DNA from: an uncultured Alphaproteobacteria bacterium | GTDB lineage: Bacteria > Pseudomonadota > Alphaproteobacteria > RF32 > CAG-239 | Assembly: GCA_934277435.1 (NCBI GenBank) | Contig: CAKQUE010000001.1 | Coordinates: 65,652-129,651 of the forward strand | Direction of reading: 5' to 3' | DNA length: 64,000 nucleotides | Shown here: positions 1-8,857 of the stretch, piece by piece | Layout: each line of letters starts with the position of its first letter | How positions within the stretch are numbered: position 1 is the first letter of the stretch | Notes under the pieces: generated by a model | Told to the model about the DNA's origin: nothing | Databases searched by the model: none | The model's input: only the letters and a program-made list of their open reading frames with translations | Translations under genes and position numbers: made by a program

Positions 1-399
1 GCGCTGAGAGAGCGCAACAATGATATGGCAGTATTTGTTAACAAATATACAGCCGGCAGCGAATTTTTTGAATATATGGACGGACTTGCAAACGGCGTTT
101 ATTTTATGGCTTTGCGCGGCAAAGAAGAAGATCCGGAATTTGCTGAAACTTTAGTAAAATTACGCTTAAACGGCTTTGACGCTGACGGACTTTCGCTCTA
201 TGGCTATTCGGCGGTTAATTTATGGAAAAGCTTGGCTAATGCCGCAAAATCTTTTGACTACAATAAAGTTTCTAATCAAGCAGCAAAGGGTGTAAAAACC
301 GAATTTGGCAGCCAAATGTTTCATAACGGCGCCCCTAGCACCAACGAATCTTATGCCATTTACCGCTACGAAGACGGTAATATGAATAAAGTATATTGA
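1..399 (+). CDS. C-terminal part of a periplasmic substrate-binding protein of a branched-chain amino acid (LivJ/LivK-type) ABC transporter; frame is open to the window edge so the gene starts upstream of position 1
   Basis: Open frame runs from position 1 with no stop. The C-terminal sequence pattern (YGYSAVNLWKSLANAAKSFD...AAKGVKTEFGSQMF) resembles LivK-family binding protein C-termini. Confidence 0.5.
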   Translation, partial: ALRERNNDMAVFVNKYTAGSEFFEYMDGLANGVYFMALRGKEEDPEFAETLVKLRLNGFDADGLSLYGYSAVNLWKSLANAAKSFDYNKVSNQAAKGVKTEFGSQMFHNGAPSTNESYAIYRYEDGNMNKVY

Positions 400-402
400 C
401 CG

Positions 403-1056
403 TTAATAAGGCTGTAAGTCCACCCAAATATTGGCATAAGTATCTTCTTTTATTATTTGATTACACCTGTCAGCAATTTCCGCGAGAGAAATATTTTGGT
501 CTTTTGACTTATCATACAGATATACGGGAGATGTTCCATTTACATTAGTGGATTCCGAATCTTTCACCCACATAACAGCATTATTTACTTCAGAGTTTTT
601 CTTTGACACGGCAATAAGATTTTGGCAAAAATCCTTTCCCGACGGAGAAAAAGAAGACCCCGTTATAACCCTATAGGAAACAGCCATAACCATTCTAAAA
701 CTCTTGCCTCTGGTTCCATCTCCTTTGTCCAACGTCCATAAACCATAATGCAAACTGACATAAATTCCATCTTTAGTCGAAATTCTTTGATATTCATAAC
801 TTGTACCTTCCGGAATATCCCCCATTGCGTATAAAACCGGAGTAAGGTCATCCCAGGTTGTTGATTTTGAATCCAGATTAGGCTTTAATTTTATGGAAGC
901 CGCAATAATTTCTTCAAGCATCTGCCTTTGACTGTTGGAACGCCATTTCAACATCGCTTTTGAATATCCGGCAATTCCACCGACAGACAACACGGCAATT
1001 ATAGCAAGCACCCCCAGCATCTCTATCATTGAACGGCCATATTGATTATTTTTCAT
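403..1056 (-). CDS. Type IV pilin-like protein with a prepilin-type N-terminal cleavage/methylation domain (pilin paralog 1), 217 aa from ATG at 1056
   Basis: N-terminus MKNNQYG|RSMIEMLGVLAIIAVLSVGGIAGY has the class III signal (G at -1, E at +5, hydrophobic helix) typical of T4 pilins and pseudopilins. RBS AAGGGGAAG lies upstream of the ATG at 1056; the ORF-track start at 1122 is an upstream extension. Two Cys are present in the C-terminal half. Confidence 0.6.
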   Translation of the reverse strand: MKNNQYGRSMIEMLGVLAIIAVLSVGGIAGYSKAMLKWRSNSQRQMLEEIIAASIKLKPNLDSKSTTWDDLTPVLYAMGDIPEGTSYEYQRISTKDGIYVSLHYGLWTLDKGDGTRGKSFRMVMAVSYRVITGSSFSPSGKDFCQNLIAVSKKNSEVNNAVMWVKDSESTNVNGTSPVYLYDKSKDQNISLAEIADRCNQIIKEDTYANIWVDLQPY

Positions 1057-1260
1057 AACAACTTCCCCTTTTTTCAATTTAACAACAAAAAAACCGCCGA
1101 AAAAGCGGCCGGAAGTTGACAACTACTTTACACAAGATAGCGTAGCATATTAGCTAATAGCATATTTTGCTACCTTCCGGCCAGTTGAGCCAGAAGTTAT
1201 GCTAGTTTAGTGTCCGCTATTGCAGACATGTGTAAAAGAGGTTGTCACGCCCCAGACAGA
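1057..1260 (-). promoter_or_regulatory. Structured 5' leader of pilin paralog 1: long-range closing helix, internal hairpins, and a GC hairpin plus U7 tract (intrinsic-terminator-like) immediately before the RBS, with an alternative antiterminator pairing
   Basis: On the minus-strand RNA, CCGGCCGC-UUUUUCG-GCGG is followed by UUUUUUU and ends about 25 nt before the ATG. A 9-nt segment (plus 1174-1182) is perfectly complementary to the 5' half of this hairpin (plus 1107-1115). A closing helix pairs plus 1241-1246 with 1116-1122 and flanking bases. The homologous leader at 19727-19921 supports a functional element. Confidence 0.4.
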
Positions 1261-1508
1261 CTATCGCCTATCCATCTAAAAGATTAACGGCTACAACGTA
1301 AAAAGTAAAGAAGAAAATAGCATCTCTTGTTTTGTTATTGATTTTACATTTTTTCCATAATCTTCTTGCTTTTAGAGAATAAGTGTGATATACAGCACCT
1401 GAAATTAAGTTGGTTTTTATGTATGAGCGCTTGCGCCACCGTAGTAAAAACCTTGTATTTATCCGCTTTGCCCATCAAAGCTTTAGAGAAAATGAAAGGA
1501 ATTACATC

Positions 1509-1964
1509 ATGAGACATGGTGATGGACACAGAAAATTTAGTATGCCGAAAAGCCAAAGAAGAGCTTTGTTTTCTAATTTGACAAGTTCTTTGTTGGAACA
1601 CGAACAAATTACAATTACTTTGACAAGAGCCAAAGAATTGAGAACTTTTGCTGATAACATGATTACTTTTGCTAAAAAAGGTGATTTGAACAGCCGTCGT
1701 ATTGCTGCAGGTTTCTTGCGCAATAATGAAGTAGTTTCTAAACTGTTCTCTACTTTGGCAGAACGTTATAAAGAACGCAACGGCGGTTATACCCGCGTGT
1801 TGAAAGCTGGTTTCCGCTATGGCGACTGCGCTCCGATGGCTATCATTGAATTGGTTGACCGCGATGTAAACGCTAAAGGCGCTAAAGACTTGGCTCGCGT
1901 TGCTGCAGAAAAAGCTGCTGCTGCTGAAGCTGAAAAAGCTGAAAACGCTGCTTCTGCCGAATAA
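1509..1964 (+). CDS. rplQ: 50S ribosomal protein L17
   Basis: Strong similarity to L17 throughout ([24 protein letters not shown]...[24 protein letters not shown]). ATG at 1509 is preceded by AAAGGAA. The ORF-track start at 1410 is an artefactual N-terminal extension. The Ala/Glu-rich C-terminal tail is lineage-specific. Confidence 0.9.
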   Translation: MRHGDGHRKFSMPKSQRRALFSNLTSSLLEHEQITITLTRAKELRTFADNMITFAKKGDLNSRRIAAGFLRNNEVVSKLFSTLAERYKERNGGYTRVLKAGFRYGDCAPMAIIELVDRDVNAKGAKDLARVAAEKAAAAEAEKAENAASAE

Positions 1965-1982
1965 GATTCAGTAGATACAAAT

Positions 1983-2014
1983 TAAAAAACGGGGCAATTT
2001 GCTCCGTTTTTTGT
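1983..2014. terminator. Bidirectional rho-independent terminator between convergent rplQ and the histidine kinase gene
   Basis: AAAAAACGGGGCAATTTGCTCCGTTTTTTG: 7-bp stem with one wobble, A-tract on one side and T-tract on the other. Confidence 0.5.
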
Positions 2015-2028
2015 TGTCTTCACACCTA

Positions 2029-3687
2029 TTATTTTGCGATTATCGGTATTGATATAATAAATTCCGTTCCTTTACCGACTTTGCTTTTTACGCTAATGCG
2101 TCCATGCATTTTTTCGATTAAATCACTGACAATAGCCAACCCCAAACCAGAACTACGCACATTATCATTTGCCGAATAAAAAGGTTCAAAAATATGCTTG
2201 ATTTTTTCGGGTGTTATGCCAATTCCGGTATCTTTTATGCTAATTTTGATATTTTTGCGATTATTGCTTGTTGTTAAAATAAGCTCACCGCCATCGGGCA
2301 TCGCCTTGATAGCATTTTGCGCCAAATTTAGAATAATCATCTTAAAATCGGCTTCATTGCCATTAAAAGTTAAATTTTCCGTCAGCTGAGTTTTTATGGC
2401 AATGCCATGACGTTTAGCGTCATAATCAATCATCAGCAGCATATCGTTAATTGCGTCAGACACATCAATTTCTACATTTTCATTATCGGAATACTGGGCT
2501 AAGCGCAACAATCTTTCTGGAGTTTTTATGGTTTCAACCAGCTGATTATACGCCATTTGCAAATATTTTTTTTGGTCATCGGTATCTGGAACATTGGCAT
2601 AATAGTTGGAGAGAATCCCCTCAAAAATCATTCTGATTGCACCAAGATTGTTTTTCATCTCATGCGCAATAGAAGTTGAAAGAAAAGCCAAAGATGAAAC
2701 CTTTTGCTGATGTGAAAAACGTACATCGTTACTTAAATCGTGCAACGCCTCCACAATATAAATATCCTCTTCATTTTGCCCCCAACGCAACTTGGTTGCA
2801 TTCAAATACAAAGGAACTTTACCAACTTCATGAATAGTATGAAAATGCTCTGGTATATTGGCAGAATTGAGCAAAAGTTCCTTGACCGGACAAGCATATT
2901 GCCGCTGCGGACAGCCATCGCAATGAGTATTATACGCTTTGTAGCATTTTTGCCCAACGCAAGTTTTTTTTAGTTTCAGCATAGAGTGGAAAGCGCTGTT
3001 TGCCATAATAACATTATAATTTTTATCAATCACTCTTATCCCATCTGGAATGGCATCTATCAACCTTTGCAAAAAAATCTCTCGAGCCTTTGTTTCTTCA
3101 ATATTGTATTCCGTGTTATCCAGCATTTTGTTAAAAGTTGAGTACAAAATATCAAACTCATCTTGAAAACGTCCGCTTTCCACCATTATTCGGCTCGAAA
3201 ATATACCAAGCGAAACTTTGCGGCTGATTTCAATAAGCTTTTCAATTGGACGAATAACCCAGTAATCCAACATAAATATCAACAGAAAAATGAACAACAC
3301 CACAATAAAAAGGCTAACGCCTAAAATTTGCGCGCCGACAATAATTGCTTCTTTATTATTGTTATAATTTTTTTGCAGCTCTGCATTAAGACGCTGTTCT
3401 TTAGACAGTTCCTTTTGTGTTAAATCAATACCTTGCGACACTCTATTGCCACGATAGCGCAAAGAAATTTTTGGATTATTTTCATAAATTTCTGCCAATT
3501 GTTTTTGTAAAGAAATATTATCATACAGCAAATCAACCACATATTGGTTTCGCAAATACAAAGAATTTTGCCGATCTTGCAAGTTGCGTCCATAAAGGTT
3601 AATGAAAATGGCAAAGAACAGTCCGGTTATCAAAAAAAGGAAAACCAAAATACTGTATAATATCTTTTTATTAAGACTGATAAACAT
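2029..3687 (-). CDS. Membrane-bound PAS-domain sensor histidine kinase (orphan; no response regulator adjacent)
   Basis: N-terminal TM segments, a PAS-like region, an H-box (IAHEMKNNL), and HATPase_c motifs (DTGIGI...GLGL). A Cys cluster CDGCPQRQYACP sits in the sensor region. Confidence 0.8.
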   Translation of the reverse strand: MFISLNKKILYSILVFLFLITGLFFAIFINLYGRNLQDRQNSLYLRNQYVVDLLYDNISLQKQLAEIYENNPKISLRYRGNRVSQGIDLTQKELSKEQRLNAELQKNYNNNKEAIIVGAQILGVSLFIVVLFIFLLIFMLDYWVIRPIEKLIEISRKVSLGIFSSRIMVESGRFQDEFDILYSTFNKMLDNTEYNIEETKAREIFLQRLIDAIPDGIRVIDKNYNVIMANSAFHSMLKLKKTCVGQKCYKAYNTHCDGCPQRQYACPVKELLLNSANIPEHFHTIHEVGKVPLYLNATKLRWGQNEEDIYIVEALHDLSNDVRFSHQQKVSSLAFLSTSIAHEMKNNLGAIRMIFEGILSNYYANVPDTDDQKKYLQMAYNQLVETIKTPERLLRLAQYSDNENVEIDVSDAINDMLLMIDYDAKRHGIAIKTQLTENLTFNGNEADFKMIILNLAQNAIKAMPDGGELILTTSNNRKNIKISIKDTGIGITPEKIKHIFEPFYSANDNVRSSGLGLAIVSDLIEKMHGRISVKSKVGKGTEFIISIPIIAK

Positions 3688-3689
3688 TT

Positions 3690-4406
3690 TTAACCCATCT
3701 GATTAACAAAATCCGCTTCTGTTTGCAGCAATAAATACGGATTGCAAAGTTTTTCTAAACCAAGTGTATTTCCAACCGGAGGCTGGTTGTTTTGCCGGCA
3801 TTGTTCTAAAAACTGCAGATATTTTTTAATTTGCGGTTGATTTTGGTTGGCAATCAAATAACCGAACGCTGACTTTGTATATTCATGCCCCGGATAAAAA
3901 CGCACATCATTTGGCAAGCTCTTAACTTTTTGCAAACTTTGCCACATTTGCTGCGGCGTCCCCTCAAACAACCCACCAATGCATAAATTAAAAAGCACGT
4001 CGCCGGTAAAAATTGCTTTGTCTTTAGAAAAATACCACAGCAGATGTCCGTTAGTATGTCCTGACGCCAATATGGCCGCAGTTTCTGAATTTCCAAGTTT
4101 AAATAAATCACCGTCATTCAGCGCAATATCTAATCCGCTTATTAAATTTTCTTCAATTTTTGAACCTACGACTTTGGCGTTAAAGCGCTTCTTCAAAGCC
4201 AAATTAGCATTGGTATGATCTTCATGATGATGCGTTGTTAAAATATATGATGGTATAATATCCTGTTTTTGGCAAAATTCAACAATCGGCTTTTCTTCGG
4301 CGGCATCAACTATAGCACTGACTTTAGTTTCGCTGTCTATCAAAACATAAGCATAATTATCCATAAAACCGGCATTACACAAAATCGGATAAATTTCTAA
4401 ACTCAT
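3690..4406 (-). CDS. gloB: Hydroxyacylglutathione hydrolase (glyoxalase II), MBL fold
   Basis: THHHEDH metal-binding motif, length 238 aa, and typical GloB layout. Confidence 0.75.
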   Translation of the reverse strand: MSLEIYPILCNAGFMDNYAYVLIDSETKVSAIVDAAEEKPIVEFCQKQDIIPSYILTTHHHEDHTNANLALKKRFNAKVVGSKIEENLISGLDIALNDGDLFKLGNSETAAILASGHTNGHLLWYFSKDKAIFTGDVLFNLCIGGLFEGTPQQMWQSLQKVKSLPNDVRFYPGHEYTKSAFGYLIANQNQPQIKKYLQFLEQCRQNNQPPVGNTLGLEKLCNPYLLLQTEADFVNQMG

Positions 4407-5284
4407 TTTATATTCTCCAATTCCGGTTTATAATCCACATTTTGCATTTTATAATAAGAAAAAGTATAGTCAATCATACCGGCTATATTTTTAAGATTAC
4501 TGTCGGCAATCATTACGGCGGCAACTTGCGGACCATATAAAGGACGCTCTATTCTTCGAGCATCAGACCGCGAAGTCCATAGATATTTATAACTTATTCC
4601 GGTGTTCATTTTCAAAACTTGGTCGGCAATGCTTTCTTCAAGCGTTCCATACATTTTGTAGCGATAGTCAGCCTCGGCGTCGTCCAAAGGCTTTAACCCT
4701 TGGTTATTATACCAAATCTCACGCAAATATAGAGAATTAGCTTGCATAGCCAAGCGAGAAGTTCCCCAATTGCTATAAATTCCGGCGGTTGAAATTAGCA
4801 ATGACGCCGGAACCGCATCAACTTTTTCCAATAGCTGTTTAAGCAATAAGTCTGTACGCTTTTGGCCTTTTAAGCGAGTAAAAGCGTCATATTTTTCCGC
4901 CAATTTTTCTAACTTTTCCAATTCTGATTTTGTAAGATTGCTACTTTTTTGCTGAAATTCCAATATTTGCGCACGCTCACGCAAAACATCTTCGTTGACT
5001 TTTAGCACCAGAGGAATCATTATCCGAATAAAGGTACGATGTTTATCGTCGCTGTCGGCAACATCATTCCAATCTGTCGGCAAGCGTAAAAAATAAATGC
5101 GCGGAAATTTGCTTTTTATCTGAGAAAAATCGTCAAAGTCATACTGCTTAAAAAGTTCTTCCGCTTCTTTAGTCGTTGCCGATTTAACATATAAAGCGCC
5201 GCCTTTTTTCTCCGCAATCAGCCGAGCGTCTGCAGTAAACGCCGCACAGCAAAAACATAACAGAGTTAAAAAGCGTAAAAACAT
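4403..5284 (-). CDS. Secreted protein with a C-terminal glucosaminidase-like (Bax/FlgJ-type) domain
   Basis: N-terminal signal peptide (MFLRFLTLLCFCCAAFTADA). The C-terminal region LISTAGIYSNWGTSRLAMQANSLYL...DSNLKNIAGMIDYTF resembles mannosyl-glycoprotein endo-beta-N-acetylglucosaminidase domains. Confidence 0.45.
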   Translation of the reverse strand: MFLRFLTLLCFCCAAFTADARLIAEKKGGALYVKSATTKEAEELFKQYDFDDFSQIKSKFPRIYFLRLPTDWNDVADSDDKHRTFIRIMIPLVLKVNEDVLRERAQILEFQQKSSNLTKSELEKLEKLAEKYDAFTRLKGQKRTDLLLKQLLEKVDAVPASLLISTAGIYSNWGTSRLAMQANSLYLREIWYNNQGLKPLDDAEADYRYKMYGTLEESIADQVLKMNTGISYKYLWTSRSDARRIERPLYGPQVAAVMIADSNLKNIAGMIDYTFSYYKMQNVDYKPELENIK

Positions 5285-5285
5285 T

Positions 5286-5813
5286 TTATTCCTTTATCTT
5301 TATTTCTTTTAGGGTTGGAACATAGCGATTAAAACAGCTTGCTATCACATTGTTCAAAGTGTTTTGAGCATAGGGGCAGCCGACGCAATGGCCTGTGAAT
5401 TGCAGTTCCAAACAATTATTTACATAAGATATTATTTTTATATCTCCCTTATCTCGGTTCAGCGTTGGACGGATAAAAGAATCCGCCAAAGCTTCTAGCA
5501 ATTCTAAACCAGCAGGGACTTGAGTTGTTTGCAAAACCTGATATCCGCTATCGTTCAGATAATCATCAATTTCTGCCAAAACAAGAGCTTGCACATCTTC
5601 TTTAACAGCAGAATCCGTAAAGCGCACACCAATTAAAACATCGGTCAGTAAACACTGTTCCACTCCGTCTATAGCTAAAATATTGGCGACAATCTGAGGC
5701 TGTTCCATTTTTTGTGAGGTAAAAATTTCGGCCGAATTTGGCTTTACCAAGGGTTTGGGCAAATAAAAATTAATTAACTTTTTGGGTTGTAAATCTTCTA
5801 TTTTAATCAGCAT
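5286..5813 (-). CDS. NifU/Nfu-family Fe-S cluster scaffold protein
   Basis: C-terminal NifU-like domain with a CxxC motif (FTGHCVGCPYAQ) plus an Nfu N-terminal-like domain. Confidence 0.55.
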   Translation of the reverse strand: MLIKIEDLQPKKLINFYLPKPLVKPNSAEIFTSQKMEQPQIVANILAIDGVEQCLLTDVLIGVRFTDSAVKEDVQALVLAEIDDYLNDSGYQVLQTTQVPAGLELLEALADSFIRPTLNRDKGDIKIISYVNNCLELQFTGHCVGCPYAQNTLNNVIASCFNRYVPTLKEIKIKE

Positions 5814-6885
5814 GATTTTCCTGTAATTTGTTTTGAATATTCAATACGGCAACCAGAGCTCGCTCTAAATAATAATTTTGAACAATCAAATGATTTGCTC
5901 CAGTTAACCCGCCCAATTTGCCGTTACGGATATACAGCGGTTTAAATTCAGCTGTTTTCTGCAAAGAAGAAATCAGATAAGTCCATTCGGTATAAACATT
6001 GTTCCGCACAATCACAGCTTTAAAATCAACACCGGCTGCCAAAGCTATCTGCCAAGCGCCAAAAGCAAATCCACGGGCTTTATAAAACACATCATCAGAT
6101 TTTGTATCCAAAATTTGTGAAGAATGTTCTATAATCTGACTATCATTTTTTTGCACATAAAAACGCAAAGATTTTGCCAAATGACTTAAATAGGAATTAA
6201 ATTCTTGTTCTTCTAAAACCAACGGTTCATCATTAATTTTCAACAGTTCCCGACGTGCTTTGCGGTATTGAGCGTTAGAAGACGGCGCCAAACCAAACGT
6301 TCCTTTACGGGACATAATCCATATATTTGGCGGATACCGCAGCAATTCATCAGCTTTTTTTATACGTTCTGTTTGCGCCGGAGTCAGCCGTCTAAAGTTT
6401 TTGACGGTTGTCGATGCTCCACGCACGGCCGACATAATGCCTATTTGAAAATTGGGCATATTATCCAAAATGTAGGCCGGAAAAACAAACGGCAAATTCG
6501 GAGTCCACATTTTGGCGTCGATTTCACGGTTGATTAAAAACGCCATAGCATTAAGCGTTTCGGACTTTTCACTTTTTTCTTTTGGCAGCTGATATACTTG
6601 GCGGATACTCATATTTTCTACCAACAAACTGCCGATTATATAGTAAAAAAACAAAAAACAGAACAAGCAGCTTAAAACAAGTTTCCACGAATCCGAAAGC
6701 TTGCGGCTGATTTTTTTAGCATAGCGGAAAACTTTTTTGAATTTGAATGCTTTTATTTTTTTTAGCATATTTCTGGAATATTCTGCCACCTTTGATAGTA
6801 CATCGCCAAATTTCAGCTGTTTAACCCAAACCTGAAAATTTTTGATTTTTTCTTTTAGTAAAGCGATGATTTTAGCTTTGTCCAT
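5803..6885 (-). CDS. Membrane-anchored hypothetical protein (possibly DUF2333-like)
   Basis: 360-aa ORF with consistent codon usage, one N-terminal TM segment (LVLSCLFCFLFFYYIIGSLLV), and short overlaps with neighbouring genes on the same strand. Confidence 0.4.
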   Translation of the reverse strand: MDKAKIIALLKEKIKNFQVWVKQLKFGDVLSKVAEYSRNMLKKIKAFKFKKVFRYAKKISRKLSDSWKLVLSCLFCFLFFYYIIGSLLVENMSIRQVYQLPKEKSEKSETLNAMAFLINREIDAKMWTPNLPFVFPAYILDNMPNFQIGIMSAVRGASTTVKNFRRLTPAQTERIKKADELLRYPPNIWIMSRKGTFGLAPSSNAQYRKARRELLKINDEPLVLEEQEFNSYLSHLAKSLRFYVQKNDSQIIEHSSQILDTKSDDVFYKARGFAFGAWQIALAAGVDFKAVIVRNNVYTEWTYLISSLQKTAEFKPLYIRNGKLGGLTGANHLIVQNYYLERALVAVLNIQNKLQENHAD

Positions 6886-8456
6886 TATTTTTTCCTCCGG
6901 ATAAGGCGAAGAATCTCATAAATATCTATCACTCTGAATATTCTAGCCAAGATAAAGAAAAATGCAAGCGCAAAGATACCCAAACCGCATAAGCTCAAAA
7001 ACAGAAGCCACTTAGAACCATATATCCAATTTGGATACAAAACCGACAATTCGCAGCGGCAAGCATAAATAGCAGCTCCGGTTAGCAAGGAAACCGCAAT
7101 AATGCGGCATATTTTACCCAAAAGCGGACGCGAAAATTGCCAATATCCACGTTTTTTTAGCCCAATCACATACTGCAGCAAAGAAACAAAAGCGGCAATA
7201 GTGGTGGCGCAGGCAATTCCAACGTGCCCATAGTCACGCATCAACAGCAATATAAACGCCAAGTTTGTAAAAAACACTACAGCGCTATATTTTACCGGCG
7301 TAACCGTATCACCACGGGCAAAAAAGTTTGGCATCAGCGCTTTAGTCAGCACATAACAAGGCAGACCAATCGAATAAGCAATGACCGCGTACGCTGTTTT
7401 TACAGCATCGGCCGGCAAAAATTTACCATGCTGGAACAAAAGACGAACAATAGGTTCTGCCAAAACAATCAGCAAAACCGCAGCCGGCAGCGACAACAGA
7501 AAACCGTATTCAACCGCCTTATCCTGAGTGTTTCTTGCCTCATCTATTTGATTTTCTTTTAGATATTTAGAAAGAATCGGCAACAAAGCCACACTGATTG
7601 CGGCCCCGATAACGCCTAGAGGCAGCTGCTGTAAACGGTTTGCATAATAGAGCCAAGAAATAGCTCCGGTGCCGACAAGCGAAACCAAAATCGTATCTAC
7701 CGCCATATTAATTTGATAGATACCAGCGCCAACCACCCCAGGAGCAATACGCTTGAACAAAGTTTTAATTTCGGGATTACGCAGAATCTTCACAATGTGC
7801 AAATACGGATTTATTTTTATATCTATACGGTGCAGAAAATAGCGCAGCCAAAAGACTTCGAGCAAACCGGCAGTGGTTATGCCAAGAGCAAAACCATGGG
7901 CAGGAGTTGGAGTAAACGGCACAAATAAAAACACCGAAAAAATCATCATCATATTCAAAATAATCGGCGCGGTAGCCGGAGCGGCAAATTTTTCAAACGA
8001 ATTTAAGATTCCACCCTGAAAAGAAACTAATGAAATCAAAAGCAAAAACGGAAAAGTTATGCGGCAAAGCTGGGTAGCCAAAACTAATTTTTCGGGCTCG
8101 CTGCGAAACCCGGGAGCTAAAACATCGACCACATAAGGCATAAAAATTTCAAACATTAAAACAAAAAAGCCAACAAACAACACTAAAACCGAAATTGCCT
8201 GCGCGGCAAAAAATACGGAGCGTTTTTTGCCATCTGACACCAGTTTTTGAGAAAACAATGGCACAAACGCGCTGGTGAAAGCCCCTTCGGCAAATAGGCT
8301 ACGGAACAAATTTGGCAGTTTGAACGCCACAACAAAAGCATCGGAAATTGCTCCGGCGCCTAAAAAATTTGCTAAAACCATATCACGCAGAAAACCGGTT
8401 ATTCTGCTGACCAAAGTTAACCCGCCAAAAGTGGCGACTGATTTAAATAATGACAT
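6885..8456 (-). CDS. murJ: Lipid II flippase MurJ (MviN)
   Basis: 523 aa, polytopic, with the conserved MurJ N-terminus (LTLVSRITGFLRDMVLANFLGAG..SDAFVVAFKLPNLFR). Confidence 0.85.
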   Translation of the reverse strand: MSLFKSVATFGGLTLVSRITGFLRDMVLANFLGAGAISDAFVVAFKLPNLFRSLFAEGAFTSAFVPLFSQKLVSDGKKRSVFFAAQAISVLVLFVGFFVLMFEIFMPYVVDVLAPGFRSEPEKLVLATQLCRITFPFLLLISLVSFQGGILNSFEKFAAPATAPIILNMMMIFSVFLFVPFTPTPAHGFALGITTAGLLEVFWLRYFLHRIDIKINPYLHIVKILRNPEIKTLFKRIAPGVVGAGIYQINMAVDTILVSLVGTGAISWLYYANRLQQLPLGVIGAAISVALLPILSKYLKENQIDEARNTQDKAVEYGFLLSLPAAVLLIVLAEPIVRLLFQHGKFLPADAVKTAYAVIAYSIGLPCYVLTKALMPNFFARGDTVTPVKYSAVVFFTNLAFILLLMRDYGHVGIACATTIAAFVSLLQYVIGLKKRGYWQFSRPLLGKICRIIAVSLLTGAAIYACRCELSVLYPNWIYGSKWLLFLSLCGLGIFALAFFFILARIFRVIDIYEILRLIRRKK

Positions 8457-8857
8457 TATTTTACCTTATTTTTTTATCTTTATTACAAAATAGCGTCTTT
8501 AAGTCAGATTGTATAATAAAAAAAATTATTGATAACAACTAAATATCAATATGAGTTGCCGCTGGCAACAAACATTAACCATTGCCATCAGCATTAGCAC
8601 TCATCATAACAATTTGATTATGCAGAACTTTTTATTCTAGAAGAGGGTAAGAATAACGACCGTTATTTTTACCCATTTAAACAGAGAATTTTGAATGTTA
8701 CAGAAATATGAAGAAAATGCTGAAAACTTAAATAGTTATTGCATATTGGCGAAAAATCGGATACCCTATTTATAGTAGTTTTTTGTGTATAAAAATAACG
8801 ACCGTTTTTTAGGACATAAAAAGCTAAGAAGAAAATATTTTTTAAGGAGGCTTTACG

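Noticed and set aside
1410-1508. ORF-track start of the 184-aa protein at 1410, and overlapping minus-strand ORFs 1344-1607 and 1502-1723
   Set aside because: L17 homology begins at the Met at 1509, which has its own RBS. The upstream 33 codons and the antisense ORFs have no support and overlap the pilin leader and promoter region.
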